Shown: piece after piece, positions 37,613-46,541 of the stretch
Layout: every line of letters starts with the position of its first letter
Position numbering within the stretch: the first letter of the stretch is position 1
Assembly (NCBI GenBank): GCA_016931115.1
Contig: JAFGFM010000080.1
Location: 7,577-71,576 of the forward strand
Origin: Deltaproteobacteria bacterium
GTDB taxonomy: Bacteria > Desulfobacterota > DSM-4660 > Desulfatiglandales > HGW-15
DNA: 64,000 nucleotides
Direction of reading: 5' to 3'
The notes under the pieces: generated by a model
Seen by the model: the letters and a program-made list of their open reading frames with translations, nothing else
Database searches by the model: none
Told to the model about the DNA's origin: nothing
Translations under genes and position numbers: made by a program

Positions 37613-38760
37613 TGAGTGGGGCAACTATGGATAATCAAACCACAAATGAACTGGAAAAATCACGGGACAGGATTGACGTGATTGATTCAAAGATAATTGA
37701 TCTCCTGACAGAAAGACAGGCTGAGGTCGAGAAGGTTATTGAATATAAGAAATTAAACAATATGCCTGTCCGCCACCCTGCAAGAGAAGAGGACATGATA
37801 TCAAGGCGAAGGGCATTGGCAAAGGAAAAGGGGCTTGACCCAGATTACGTAGAGGAGCTGTTCAGGTCGCTCCTGCGCCAGTCGCGTGTTGAGCAGACAG
37901 AATCAAAATCTGAGAAGGGTGTAAAAGCTGATGCCACCGTTCTTTTTGTTGGTGGTAAAGGCGGCATGGGCAGATATTTTGCCCAGTGGTTTAATAAATC
38001 AGGATACAACACAAGGGTGCTCGGACGTAACGACTGGGATAATGTGGAGTCTTTATGCGATGGAGTTGATCTTGCTATTGTGAGCGTCCCTATTGAGAGC
38101 ACTTTATCTGTTATAGAAAGGCTTACGCCATACCTGCCCAAAAATGCTGTTCTGGCTGATCTTACCAGCATCAAAAAAGAGCCTGTGAATGCAATGATGA
38201 GCATGCATAAAGGCCCTGTACTCGGGATACACCCTCTGTTCGGGCCTTCAACATCCAGCATGGATAAGCAGATAATTGTTGTAACACCGGGGAGAGATGA
38301 AGGGTCATGCAAATGGGTCATTGATCAGATCTCAGAGTGGGGGGCCATTACAGTAAGATCCAGTGGAGAAGAGCATGACAGGATCATGGCAGTTGTGCAG
38401 GCATTAAGACACTTTGCCACATTTACATTTGGTAGGTTTTTATTCAGGGAGAATGTTGACCTGTTCCGCTCACTGGAGTTTTCAAGCCCTATATACCGGC
38501 TTGAGCTTGGCATGGTGGGCCGTCTTTTTGCCCAGGCACCTGACCTCTATTCAGGGATTATCTTTGCATCTGATGAGAGACGCTCAATGCTCAGGGAATA
38601 TATCTCTTCAATAACCGAGTTGATCAGTATGGTAGAAGCGTCTAACAAGGAGGAGTTTGAACGAGAGTTTAAGGAGATCGCCAAATGGTTCGGGCCATTC
38701 AGTGAACAGGCAATGAGAGAAAGCAGCTTTCTGATAGATAAGCTAATTGAGAGGTTTTGA
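37612..38760 (+). CDS. tyrA: bifunctional chorismate mutase/prephenate dehydrogenase
   Basis: CM domain RDRIDVID...RQ. PDH motifs GGKGGMG, DLTSIK, HPLFGP, HDRIMAVVQALRH. Confidence 0.93.
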   Translation: MSGATMDNQTTNELEKSRDRIDVIDSKIIDLLTERQAEVEKVIEYKKLNNMPVRHPAREEDMISRRRALAKEKGLDPDYVEELFRSLLRQSRVEQTESKSEKGVKADATVLFVGGKGGMGRYFAQWFNKSGYNTRVLGRNDWDNVESLCDGVDLAIVSVPIESTLSVIERLTPYLPKNAVLADLTSIKKEPVNAMMSMHKGPVLGIHPLFGPSTSSMDKQIIVVTPGRDEGSCKWVIDQISEWGAITVRSSGEEHDRIMAVVQALRHFATFTFGRFLFRENVDLFRSLEFSSPIYRLELGMVGRLFAQAPDLYSGIIFASDERRSMLREYISSITELISMVEASNKEEFEREFKEIAKWFGPFSEQAMRESSFLIDKLIERF

Positions 38761-38834
38761 AAGAGAGGATTCGAGGGTTCCAGGGGTCAAGGGAAAATAA
38801 AAGCTGTCAATGACAGTTTTTTTTTGAAGAGTGC

Positions 38835-39515
38835 ATGTCATTTATCTATATTCTAGTTTCATTACAAGAACATCTCCACATTCCATTAATTCCAAAAGAG
38901 GGAAATAAATGCAAAAAACAGGTGAAACACTCAGGGCTGAAAGGGAAAAGAGGATCAATGATGGATATGTACCGACGCCCTGATAAACTACTTAAGGCCA
39001 TTGACAAGGCCAGAAATATTACACTCAAGGCATGCATACAGGCTGCTGAACTCACAGGCGGCAAGGTCATCATGCTGCCTTTGCACAGGGGCTCGGACGG
39101 GTTCATGTCTATTAAACAGTTTGAGACCTTTTACTGGCCCCAGTTAAAGGGCCTGTTGCTTGACATGATTGATGCCGGGTTAACACCTGCCCCATTCTAT
39201 GAAGGGGTATGGGATAACCGCCTACACTATTTGAGAGAGCTGCCAAAAGGGAAGACAAGGGGCTCCTTTCAGAATACGAATATGTTCAAGGCAAAGGAGA
39301 TAATAGGTAATATCATGTGCCTCACAGGCGGGTTCCCTGTATCGCTTTTACAGGCAGGCACACCTGAAAAGATGCGTGAACAGAAAAAAAGGATGGGTGA
39401 AACAGTGGGTAAAAACGGCGGTTTTATTATGGCCGCAGGGTCGGCCATGGATTACTGCGATAAAGAACTTGTAAAAGTATGGGTGGAACCCACTAAGGAG
39501 TTTGGGAAATACTGA
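38835..39515 (+). pseudogene. N-terminally truncated uroporphyrinogen decarboxylase (UroD/MetE-like) family fragment
   Basis: From ~LKGKRGSMMDMYRRPDKLL through PLHRGSDGFMS..QFETFYWP and GKNGGFI it matches the C-terminal half of the family. The first ~35 aa look like junk. Confidence 0.65.
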
Positions 39516-39557
39516 TAAATCACAATAGCTAACCACGAAGTTCACGGAGTTTTTTTA

Positions 39558-39665
39558 GAAATCGAAATCGAAATCGTAATCGAAATCGAAATCGAAATCG
39601 TAATCGAAATCGAAATCGAAATCGTAATCGAAATCGAAATCGAAATCAAAATCGAAATCAAAATC
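39558..39665. repeat. hexamer tandem array (GAAATC)18 with 24-bp higher-order period
   Basis: GTAATC variant at units 4, 8 and 12. AAAATC at units 16 and 18. Confidence 0.95.
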
Positions 39666-39773
39666 GATCCCGATGGCGATTTATTATTGAACAAGCGGAG
39701 TACAGTTTACGATCTTCGGTCTGGGGCTGCGGCATATAGAATACGGTTTTCGGTTTGCGGTTTATGTAAAAGT

Positions 39774-39855
39774 TGCAGGGGCAACCCCCTGTGGTTGCCC
39801 AGGGACGATTATCATGCATAACCATATGCGGGCAGGCACAGAGGCCTGCCCCTAC
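39774..39855. repeat. GTAG-type REP doublet
   Basis: tgcaggggcaaccccctgtggttgccc ... gggcaggcacagaggcctgcccctaca. Confidence 0.8.
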
Positions 39856-39984
39856 AGACATACCAATCATTTTTCAATTCACATTTCGTCTTTTGCTATG
39901 ATTCAGCATTTATATCGCTGTTTGAAAACAATTTCAGACCAAGTATTTTTTCTGCTAAATACGAATTTATTGAGTATGTCTATT

Positions 39985-40560
39985 TTACGTATAAAGCTTT
40001 TTCATCATCCATGCCATGTTTTCGCCCAGAACACGCATGGTCCTTAACCCCTCTTCATCCTTTTCCACCTCGCCCTTTTCACGGCCAATGCCCATATTCC
40101 AGTAACTGGAGCCTGGCACCATCATCTCTGTGATAAAAAAGAAGTGATTCAGTGTATCAAATACATGTATGCTCCCTGCCCTTCTCACAGCCGCAACCGC
40201 GGCCCCTGTTTTACGTCTGAAAAACCTGTCATTTGCAAAGGAGACAAAACCTGCCCTGTCTATAAGCCCCTTCATCTCTGATGTAACATCTGTAAAATAG
40301 GTTGGGGAACCTAAGATTATTCCATCCGCCTCAATCATCTTTGCCAGGCATTCATTGAAATCATCATCATTAAATGCGCAGCGCATGTCCTTATTCTTAA
40401 AACAGCCCATGCACGCCTTGCAGCCATGTATTGATTTACCTGAAAATTGATATAACTCCGTTTGTATCCCCTCTTTCTCAAGTACACCAAGAACTGTCTT
40501 AAGCATTATGGCTGTATTCCCGTCCTTACGGGGACTGCCGTTAATAGCAAGAACCTTCAT
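39985..40560 (-). CDS. iron-sulfur flavoprotein / flavodoxin family
   Basis: INGSPRKDGNT, CKACMGC...C, GSPTYF, DEEGL. Confidence 0.92.
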   Translation of the reverse strand: MKVLAINGSPRKDGNTAIMLKTVLGVLEKEGIQTELYQFSGKSIHGCKACMGCFKNKDMRCAFNDDDFNECLAKMIEADGIILGSPTYFTDVTSEMKGLIDRAGFVSFANDRFFRRKTGAAVAAVRRAGSIHVFDTLNHFFFITEMMVPGSSYWNMGIGREKGEVEKDEEGLRTMRVLGENMAWMMKKLYT

Positions 40561-40579
40561 GAATAACCCTCCTTATTCG

Positions 40580-41212
40580 TTAATGTATATCAAGAACATC
40601 TCTCACGTAGCCATCTATCATGTTCTCGACACCTGGTTTTATATCTTCAAACTGGATACCAAAATATAAACCTTCAGAATCACTGTTTACACTCTTGATA
40701 ATCCCCTTAAAATTCTGTATGCCTTCAAAACCCAGTAAAGGGAAGGATATCCTTATAGGGTCATTTATGGTCACCTCTTTTATCAGATCCGGGCTGGAAG
40801 ATATCCTGAAACGGGTTCCGCTCCTGCTGATCTCCATAACAAGGCCCCTGATCTGCCTTTTATTTATTTCCATAGTGGCAGGTATAAAACAGCTCACACG
40901 CTGTGCCTTCCTGATATTGAGGCTCTCCACTGTTTCAGGGTATGAAAGGAAGGTGATCTTATAGGGCTTATCAACAGAACCTATAGTCTTTGTCTTGAAA
41001 CCATACACATTGCCAAGATATACATACCGGACAAAAAATATGGTGCCTTTATCTATCTGATTTCTGAATCTGGTCGGTATCTGCATACGCACCATCAGAT
41101 AAACCGGGGACTCGATACCTACCAGGATGGACCTGAATTTTTCTTCCATCCCCTCTATCTGCATGGTCAATTCAGTTCCAAGCGCCAGTACAAGTTTCTC
41201 TATTTTTTCCAT
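40580..41212 (-). CDS. PilZ/YcgR-type c-di-GMP receptor (flagellar brake family)
   Basis: RKAQR (RxxxR) and EISRSG ((D/E)xSxxG) motifs after a PilZN-like domain. Confidence 0.82.
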   Translation of the reverse strand: MEKIEKLVLALGTELTMQIEGMEEKFRSILVGIESPVYLMVRMQIPTRFRNQIDKGTIFFVRYVYLGNVYGFKTKTIGSVDKPYKITFLSYPETVESLNIRKAQRVSCFIPATMEINKRQIRGLVMEISRSGTRFRISSSPDLIKEVTINDPIRISFPLLGFEGIQNFKGIIKSVNSDSEGLYFGIQFEDIKPGVENMIDGYVRDVLDIH

Positions 41213-41404
41213 AGCCTCTTCTCTTTAAATGGACGGGACATGAAAACACCGGTTTTCTGTTGAACGATATGACTATATTTACAATTTTCTGCTATTTCAA
41301 GAGATGATTGCTGGAAAAATAAATTTTTGTTATTATTTTTATGTCAAATGCCTCTGTATCTATTTTATTATTAATCTGTAACTGATAAGAAAGGAGGAAT
41401 TATT

Positions 41405-41839
41405 ATGGCAGGATATAAAAAGATTTTGTTTCCCACAGATTTAGGTGAGGAATCAAAAAAGATCGCAGAACATGTGAAACTGATGGCAGGTAAATTCGGG
41501 GCTGATATTGAAATAGTATATGTCGCAAGTGTCGGACATTATTATAATACCCTGGATATGCCTATTGCTGGGCTCGAACACTTTGAAACCGAGGTTGTAG
41601 CCGCTGCGAATACCCAGATTAAGAGCTTTGCCGAAAACCAGTTTGCGGGGATGAAGGTAAAAACCCAGGTATTATCAGGGCATCCCGCTGATGAGATAGT
41701 TGATTATGCAGAAAAGAATGGCATTGATCTTATTGTTATGGGCCACAGCAGGGCCGGTCTTGAAAGGGTGCTGCTTGGAAGTGTTGCACATCGTATTTTA
41801 AAACTTGCACCGGTACCGGTTATGATTGTAAGGGTATAA
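41405..41839 (+). CDS. universal stress protein
   Basis: ILFPTD, GHPADEI, DLIVMG, LLGSVA..PVPV. Confidence 0.95.
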   Translation: MAGYKKILFPTDLGEESKKIAEHVKLMAGKFGADIEIVYVASVGHYYNTLDMPIAGLEHFETEVVAAANTQIKSFAENQFAGMKVKTQVLSGHPADEIVDYAEKNGIDLIVMGHSRAGLERVLLGSVAHRILKLAPVPVMIVRV

Positions 41840-41850
41840 GAATTAATCTA

Positions 41851-41887
41851 TCTATCTCCGGCCAATACTCATGAGGCCGGAGATAGA
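41851..41887. terminator. hairpin between convergent genes
   Basis: tctatctccggcc...ggccggagataga. Confidence 0.7.
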
Positions 41888-41901
41888 GAAGATTTTTTAT
41901 A

Positions 41902-42984
41902 TTATACCTTTGGCACCTTGACCTTTACATCTTTATCAATGCCTGAGACAACCTCTATATTGATGCTGTCTGAAATACCTGTTTCTATATAACGTTTCTC
42001 AAACTGCTGAGGTGCTATTTCCACCTCAACAAAGGTCTTGTTATCTTTATCAAACTGGAGCACAGACTCGTTTACAGCAAGGACCTTTTCCTTTTTATCA
42101 AGCACAATATTGGCCGTAGCGCTGTAGCCTGCGCGAACAAAAATATTATCAACAAGGTCAACGTCCGCCCTTACTGGGAAAAGGATGGCCCCGTTTTCCT
42201 CCACCCCTTTTGGAGAGATATGTTCAAGTGTGGCATTAAACTCCACATTATCAATTGCCCCTATGGTAATAAGGAGCCTCATGCCGATCTTGATTTTTCC
42301 GACCTCAGATTCATCCAGCTTCCCCTCAAATATCAGGTCATTCATATCTGCAACAGTTGCTATGGTTGACCCGGCATTGAATGAATTACTCTGTATAACT
42401 GTGTCCCCTATTTCTACAGGCACATCAAGTATCATGCCATCCATGGTTGAACATATGAGGGTATTTGTTGTGGTGGTGTTTTTTGCAACCCCCCTCTTGA
42501 TTATCTCAAGATTATTCTCCGCAGCCTCATACTCTGCCTTTGCGTTTTTATAATCCGCCTCGCTCCTGTGATAATCCTGTTCAGTTGTTATACCCTCTTT
42601 AAAGGTCTCCTTCTGCTGCTCAATGTTCCATTTCTCATGATCATACTTGATCTTTGCCTGAACGAGCCTCGCTTCAGCGCCATTCAGTTCCTTCATCTCA
42701 GGAATAATCTGTACCTTTGCAATAGGGTCATCCTTTTTTACCATCTGCCCCGGTTCCACATAGACCTCCTGCAAAATACCAGGAACCTGCGGCTTTATCT
42801 CCACCTCCTTGCGCGGTTTGATAGATCCTGTTGCAACTGTCTTTTTTACGATATCAGTAACAAAAAGCTCTTTAATTTCAAATACCACAGGGGCCTTCTT
42901 CTCCTTGGCTGCCAGGTAGACAAACAGGGATACACCGCCAGCGATTAGGATTATGACTATTAAAGTTATAAAAAAATTTTTCAT
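41902..42984 (-). CDS. MacA-like periplasmic adaptor (membrane fusion protein)
   Basis: N-terminal TM, ATGSIKP, IKPQVPG, G.LDES.VG. Confidence 0.9.
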   Translation of the reverse strand: MKNFFITLIVIILIAGGVSLFVYLAAKEKKAPVVFEIKELFVTDIVKKTVATGSIKPRKEVEIKPQVPGILQEVYVEPGQMVKKDDPIAKVQIIPEMKELNGAEARLVQAKIKYDHEKWNIEQQKETFKEGITTEQDYHRSEADYKNAKAEYEAAENNLEIIKRGVAKNTTTTNTLICSTMDGMILDVPVEIGDTVIQSNSFNAGSTIATVADMNDLIFEGKLDESEVGKIKIGMRLLITIGAIDNVEFNATLEHISPKGVEENGAILFPVRADVDLVDNIFVRAGYSATANIVLDKKEKVLAVNESVLQFDKDNKTFVEVEIAPQQFEKRYIETGISDSINIEVVSGIDKDVKVKVPKV

Positions 42985-43003
42985 GTTCAGACCTTTCTTT
43001 GTT

Positions 43004-44266
43004 TTATATTTCCGATCTCAAGGCATCTATGGGTTTAATGGCTATGGCACGTCTGGCAGGCAGAAAACCTGCAATGGCACCGGATATGATCAGTATAATA
43101 AGCGCAAGTGTTACAACCTTTAAATCAACTTCAGGATTGTGAAAAAAGAAAGTTTCCACCTGGCCTTTACGCAGGATATAGGCGATTAATTCCACCAGCC
43201 CTGCTGAGAGAAGCAGCCCTGTATAACCCGCTACTGTATTTAAGAAAATCGATTCTGTCACAATCTGCCTGATTATTCTTACCGGTGTTGCGCCCAGTGC
43301 CCTTTGAATGCCTATCTCCTTTGTCCTTTCCTTTACAATAACAAGCATAATATTGCTTGTGCCTATCACACCTGCAAAGAGTGTCAATGTGCCCACAATC
43401 CATGAGAGAAGGGTAATACCGGTAAACAGATTATTTAAATCCTGAAATTCCTCCTCAATATTGTCAGTACCAAAGGCAAGGTTATCATCAGGTGACACCT
43501 TGTGCCTTTTGGCAAGAAACCTCTTCATCTTTTCTTCAAGGGCCTTTACCTGAATGCCCGGCCTGGCCAGAACCGCATAATACCCTACGTAATTACCCCT
43601 GTTCTGAGCTTGCTGAAGGGTAGTAAAGGGCATCAGAATGGTTTTATTCTGGCTGTCACCGCCGTTATTCGGAGGGCGTCTGGATTTAAACACCCCAACT
43701 ACCTGAAAATATATCCCGTTTATCTTAAGGTATTTACCCAGAGGCTCTTCATCAGGTTCAAACAGCACTTCACGCACCCTTTGCCCTATTGCAATAACCT
43801 TTCGCCTCTCTTTCAGGTCCTTATTATTGATAAACCTGCCGGAAACCCCTGTCAGAGGTTCAATCTTTAAGTATTCCGGGGTATCTCCCATAATCCTGAA
43901 AGTATCACTCCTGTTATTGCGGAATATCTCTACATCTCCGCGCATGTAGTTCAGCCTTGGTGCCAGTACCTCTATTTCATGAATGTTATCAAGCAGGGCC
44001 TGAGTATCCTCATTTGTAAAATACCAGTACCGCCCCCTGTCAAATCCCTCATATGGTTTTGTAGTGGAATTTGTCCATATAAAAAGGCTGTTAAGGGCAA
44101 GATCCCCCACCCCGTAAAATACGCCATTTTCAAGTCCCTTTCCAGCGCCCAGCATTACAACAAGCATGAATATGCCCCAGAACACGCCGAAACCCGTAAG
44201 TACCGTGCGGGTCTTGTTTTTCTTAAGGATATGAAAAACCTCCTGCCAGAGGTCTCTGTCCAGCAT
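43004..44266 (-). CDS. MacB/FtsX-type ABC permease
   Basis: RTVLTGFGVFWGI, VKERTKEIGIQRALGA, PARRA. Confidence 0.92.
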   Translation of the reverse strand: MLDRDLWQEVFHILKKNKTRTVLTGFGVFWGIFMLVVMLGAGKGLENGVFYGVGDLALNSLFIWTNSTTKPYEGFDRGRYWYFTNEDTQALLDNIHEIEVLAPRLNYMRGDVEIFRNNRSDTFRIMGDTPEYLKIEPLTGVSGRFINNKDLKERRKVIAIGQRVREVLFEPDEEPLGKYLKINGIYFQVVGVFKSRRPPNNGGDSQNKTILMPFTTLQQAQNRGNYVGYYAVLARPGIQVKALEEKMKRFLAKRHKVSPDDNLAFGTDNIEEEFQDLNNLFTGITLLSWIVGTLTLFAGVIGTSNIMLVIVKERTKEIGIQRALGATPVRIIRQIVTESIFLNTVAGYTGLLLSAGLVELIAYILRKGQVETFFFHNPEVDLKVVTLALIILIISGAIAGFLPARRAIAIKPIDALRSEI

Positions 44267-44268
44267 CT

Positions 44269-45501
44269 TTATTCATCCCTCAATGCAACAATAGGTTTGA
44301 TTCGGGCCGCCCTTCGGGCCGGGAAAAACCCTGCGAGCAGACCTGCTGCTATCAAAAAGAGAGTTGCAGTAACAGCGATCCTTATGTCAGCCTCCGGGTT
44401 ATAAAAATATTCGTTTGCAGGCATTTTTGTCCTTATGAGTTCAAGCAGGCCTGTTCCTAAAAGAAGTCCAATAAATCCTGACAGGGATGTGATAAGTATA
44501 GACTCCTGCATGATCATCCCTATAATTGAACGGGGCCTCGCACCCAGCGCCTTTCTTATCCCTATCTCCCTGGTGCGCTCCTTTACCACTATGGTCATGA
44601 TATTACTCACCCCTACTATACCTGCCACAATGGTCATGATGCCTATTACCCATACAAACATCCTTATTGAGTTAATGATGGTCATGTACCTGCCCGCCTG
44701 CTCCACGCTGTTGGATATATAAATTGCCCTGTCATCTTCAGGATCAAAGTTGTGTATCCCTGATAACACAGAGCGGATCTTTTTCTCGATCTCCACAGAT
44801 TCCTTAACAGATGAGGAGTCAGGAATAGTGAGGCAGAGATTCGATATGTTTTTTTTCCCGCCGCATATTAACTGGGCCGTTGTGATCGGTAGGGCGACAA
44901 CCTGATTGTTATTCTGATCCTTGTCTTTACATACGCCTATAACCCTTACATAAAAGCCGTTGACAATAATATATTCACCAACCGCCTCTTTGTGATTGAA
45001 AAGCTCTTTTTTAACCTCCTCGGTAATTACAGCGACCTTTCTTTTCTGTAAAACATCAAGGTTATTAATAGATCGTCCTTGGATAATATCCACTTTATCT
45101 ATTGCCAGATAATCGGAATGCACTGAAATAACCTGATATTTAAGTGACTTTCCTTTATATGCCACATAATTCTGGCCAGGCAGGTAAAAACGGGACGATA
45201 TGAGTTCCACTTCAGGTATATTCTTTTTAATCTGCTCATAATCCTCATTGGTAAGCCTGGTATATCTTCCGGGTTTAAGCCCTTTATAGGGTTTTGTGGT
45301 CTTGCCTCCCCATATCCACATGCTGTTTATAAGGGAGTTTGAAAAACCCTTTCTCATGGCATTTTCAAAACCGTTTCCGGCTCCAAGAAGAATAATCAGC
45401 ATAAAAATACCCCAGGCCACACTGAAACCTGTCAGAACAGCCCTGAGCCTGTTTTTACCAAGGATGCTGAATATCTCCTGCCAGGAGTCAAGGTCAAGCA
45501 T
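44269..45501 (-). CDS. MacB/FtsX-type ABC permease
   Basis: RAVLTGFSVAWGI, VKERTREIGIRKALGA. Confidence 0.92.
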   Translation of the reverse strand: MLDLDSWQEIFSILGKNRLRAVLTGFSVAWGIFMLIILLGAGNGFENAMRKGFSNSLINSMWIWGGKTTKPYKGLKPGRYTRLTNEDYEQIKKNIPEVELISSRFYLPGQNYVAYKGKSLKYQVISVHSDYLAIDKVDIIQGRSINNLDVLQKRKVAVITEEVKKELFNHKEAVGEYIIVNGFYVRVIGVCKDKDQNNNQVVALPITTAQLICGGKKNISNLCLTIPDSSSVKESVEIEKKIRSVLSGIHNFDPEDDRAIYISNSVEQAGRYMTIINSIRMFVWVIGIMTIVAGIVGVSNIMTIVVKERTREIGIRKALGARPRSIIGMIMQESILITSLSGFIGLLLGTGLLELIRTKMPANEYFYNPEADIRIAVTATLFLIAAGLLAGFFPARRAARIKPIVALRDE

Positions 45502-45504
45502 AAT

Positions 45505-46182
45505 CTACCCCTGATCCCCCTGTTCTTCAATAAGCCCGTCTTTCAGTCTTATGATCCTTTTTGTCATGCGGGATACATCCCCTTCATGGGTAACAATAAT
45601 TATGGTTACCCCTTCATCAGAATTTATCTCCTGAAGGAGCTTCATTACCTCAAGGGATGTGGCGCTGTCGAGTGCACCGGTAGGCTCATCAGCCACTATT
45701 ACCCTGGGCTTTGTAATCATTGCACGGGCAATGGCTATCCTCTGTTTCTGTCCGCCAGAGAGCTCATTAGGCGTATGATCAGCCCAATCCTTAAGCCCAA
45801 GCCTGTCAAGATACTCCATGGCCAGTATGTTGCGTTTTTTTCTGCCGATGTTCTGGTAATAGAGTGGAAGGGCCACGTTTTCCATGGCGTTCTTAAAGCT
45901 GATCAGGTTGAATGACTGAAATACAAATCCGATCATCCTGTTCCTGAAATAGGCCGCCTTTTTTTCATCAAGGTTCAATACATGGGTCCCGCCCAGCCAG
46001 TATGCCCCTGTATCATAATTATCAAGTATGCCAATTATGTTAAGGAGTGTGGATTTACCTGAACCTGATGACCCCATAATGGAGACAAACTCTCCCGCCT
46101 CTATATGAAGGTTTATACCCTTAAGAACATGAAGCGGGCTGCCATTGAAATATGTCTTATGTAAATTTTCCAGTTTTATCAT
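45505..46182 (-). CDS. ABC ATP-binding protein (LolD/MacB type)
   Basis: GSSGSGKST, LSGGQKQR, ADEPTGALD. ATG 46182 is preferred. Confidence 0.93.
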   Translation of the reverse strand: MIKLENLHKTYFNGSPLHVLKGINLHIEAGEFVSIMGSSGSGKSTLLNIIGILDNYDTGAYWLGGTHVLNLDEKKAAYFRNRMIGFVFQSFNLISFKNAMENVALPLYYQNIGRKKRNILAMEYLDRLGLKDWADHTPNELSGGQKQRIAIARAMITKPRVIVADEPTGALDSATSLEVMKLLQEINSDEGVTIIIVTHEGDVSRMTKRIIRLKDGLIEEQGDQG

Positions 46183-46234
46183 GTAAAGAATCTTCCGGTT
46201 TTTAAAAAAAGGCAATTATTTTAAAAGTCTGTTT

Positions 46235-46250
46235 AGCAGAAAGCGTGCCA
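46235..46250 (-). promoter_or_regulatory. sigma54 (-24/-12) promoter
   Basis: Minus strand TGGCACGCTTTCTGCT, 53 nt upstream of the ATG. Confidence 0.65.
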
Positions 46251-46385
46251 CGATTATTTATAAAAAAACAGACATATATCAATAGGTTAAAATTTTCAAA
46301 AAATCAACACCTTTAATATCAGCCAATCCGTGGCCATATAACACTAAATTTGGAGAAATATGCCAATGGCTGAATTTTTTAAAAT

Positions 46386-46416
46386 GCTGACGGCTGAAAG
46401 CTGAATGCTGAAAGCT
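46386..46416. repeat. degenerate GCTGAnn heptamer array
   Basis: gctgacg gctgaaa gctgaat gctgaaa gct. Confidence 0.7.
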
Positions 46417-46541
46417 CCATAGAGAACGAGCCTCTTTCTGGGTGAGCACTAGATTATTGACATAACCTGTTTTATTCAATACAGTCTCATTTCTGTAATC
46501 GTTTTCTTACCGCAAAACCACACATATAATCAGGAGGGCCT

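Noticed and set aside
39558-39665. Hexamer array as CRISPR or as a coding low-complexity protein
   Set aside because: No spacers. ORF 39658-39870 on the minus strand only touches it and is largely REP translation.
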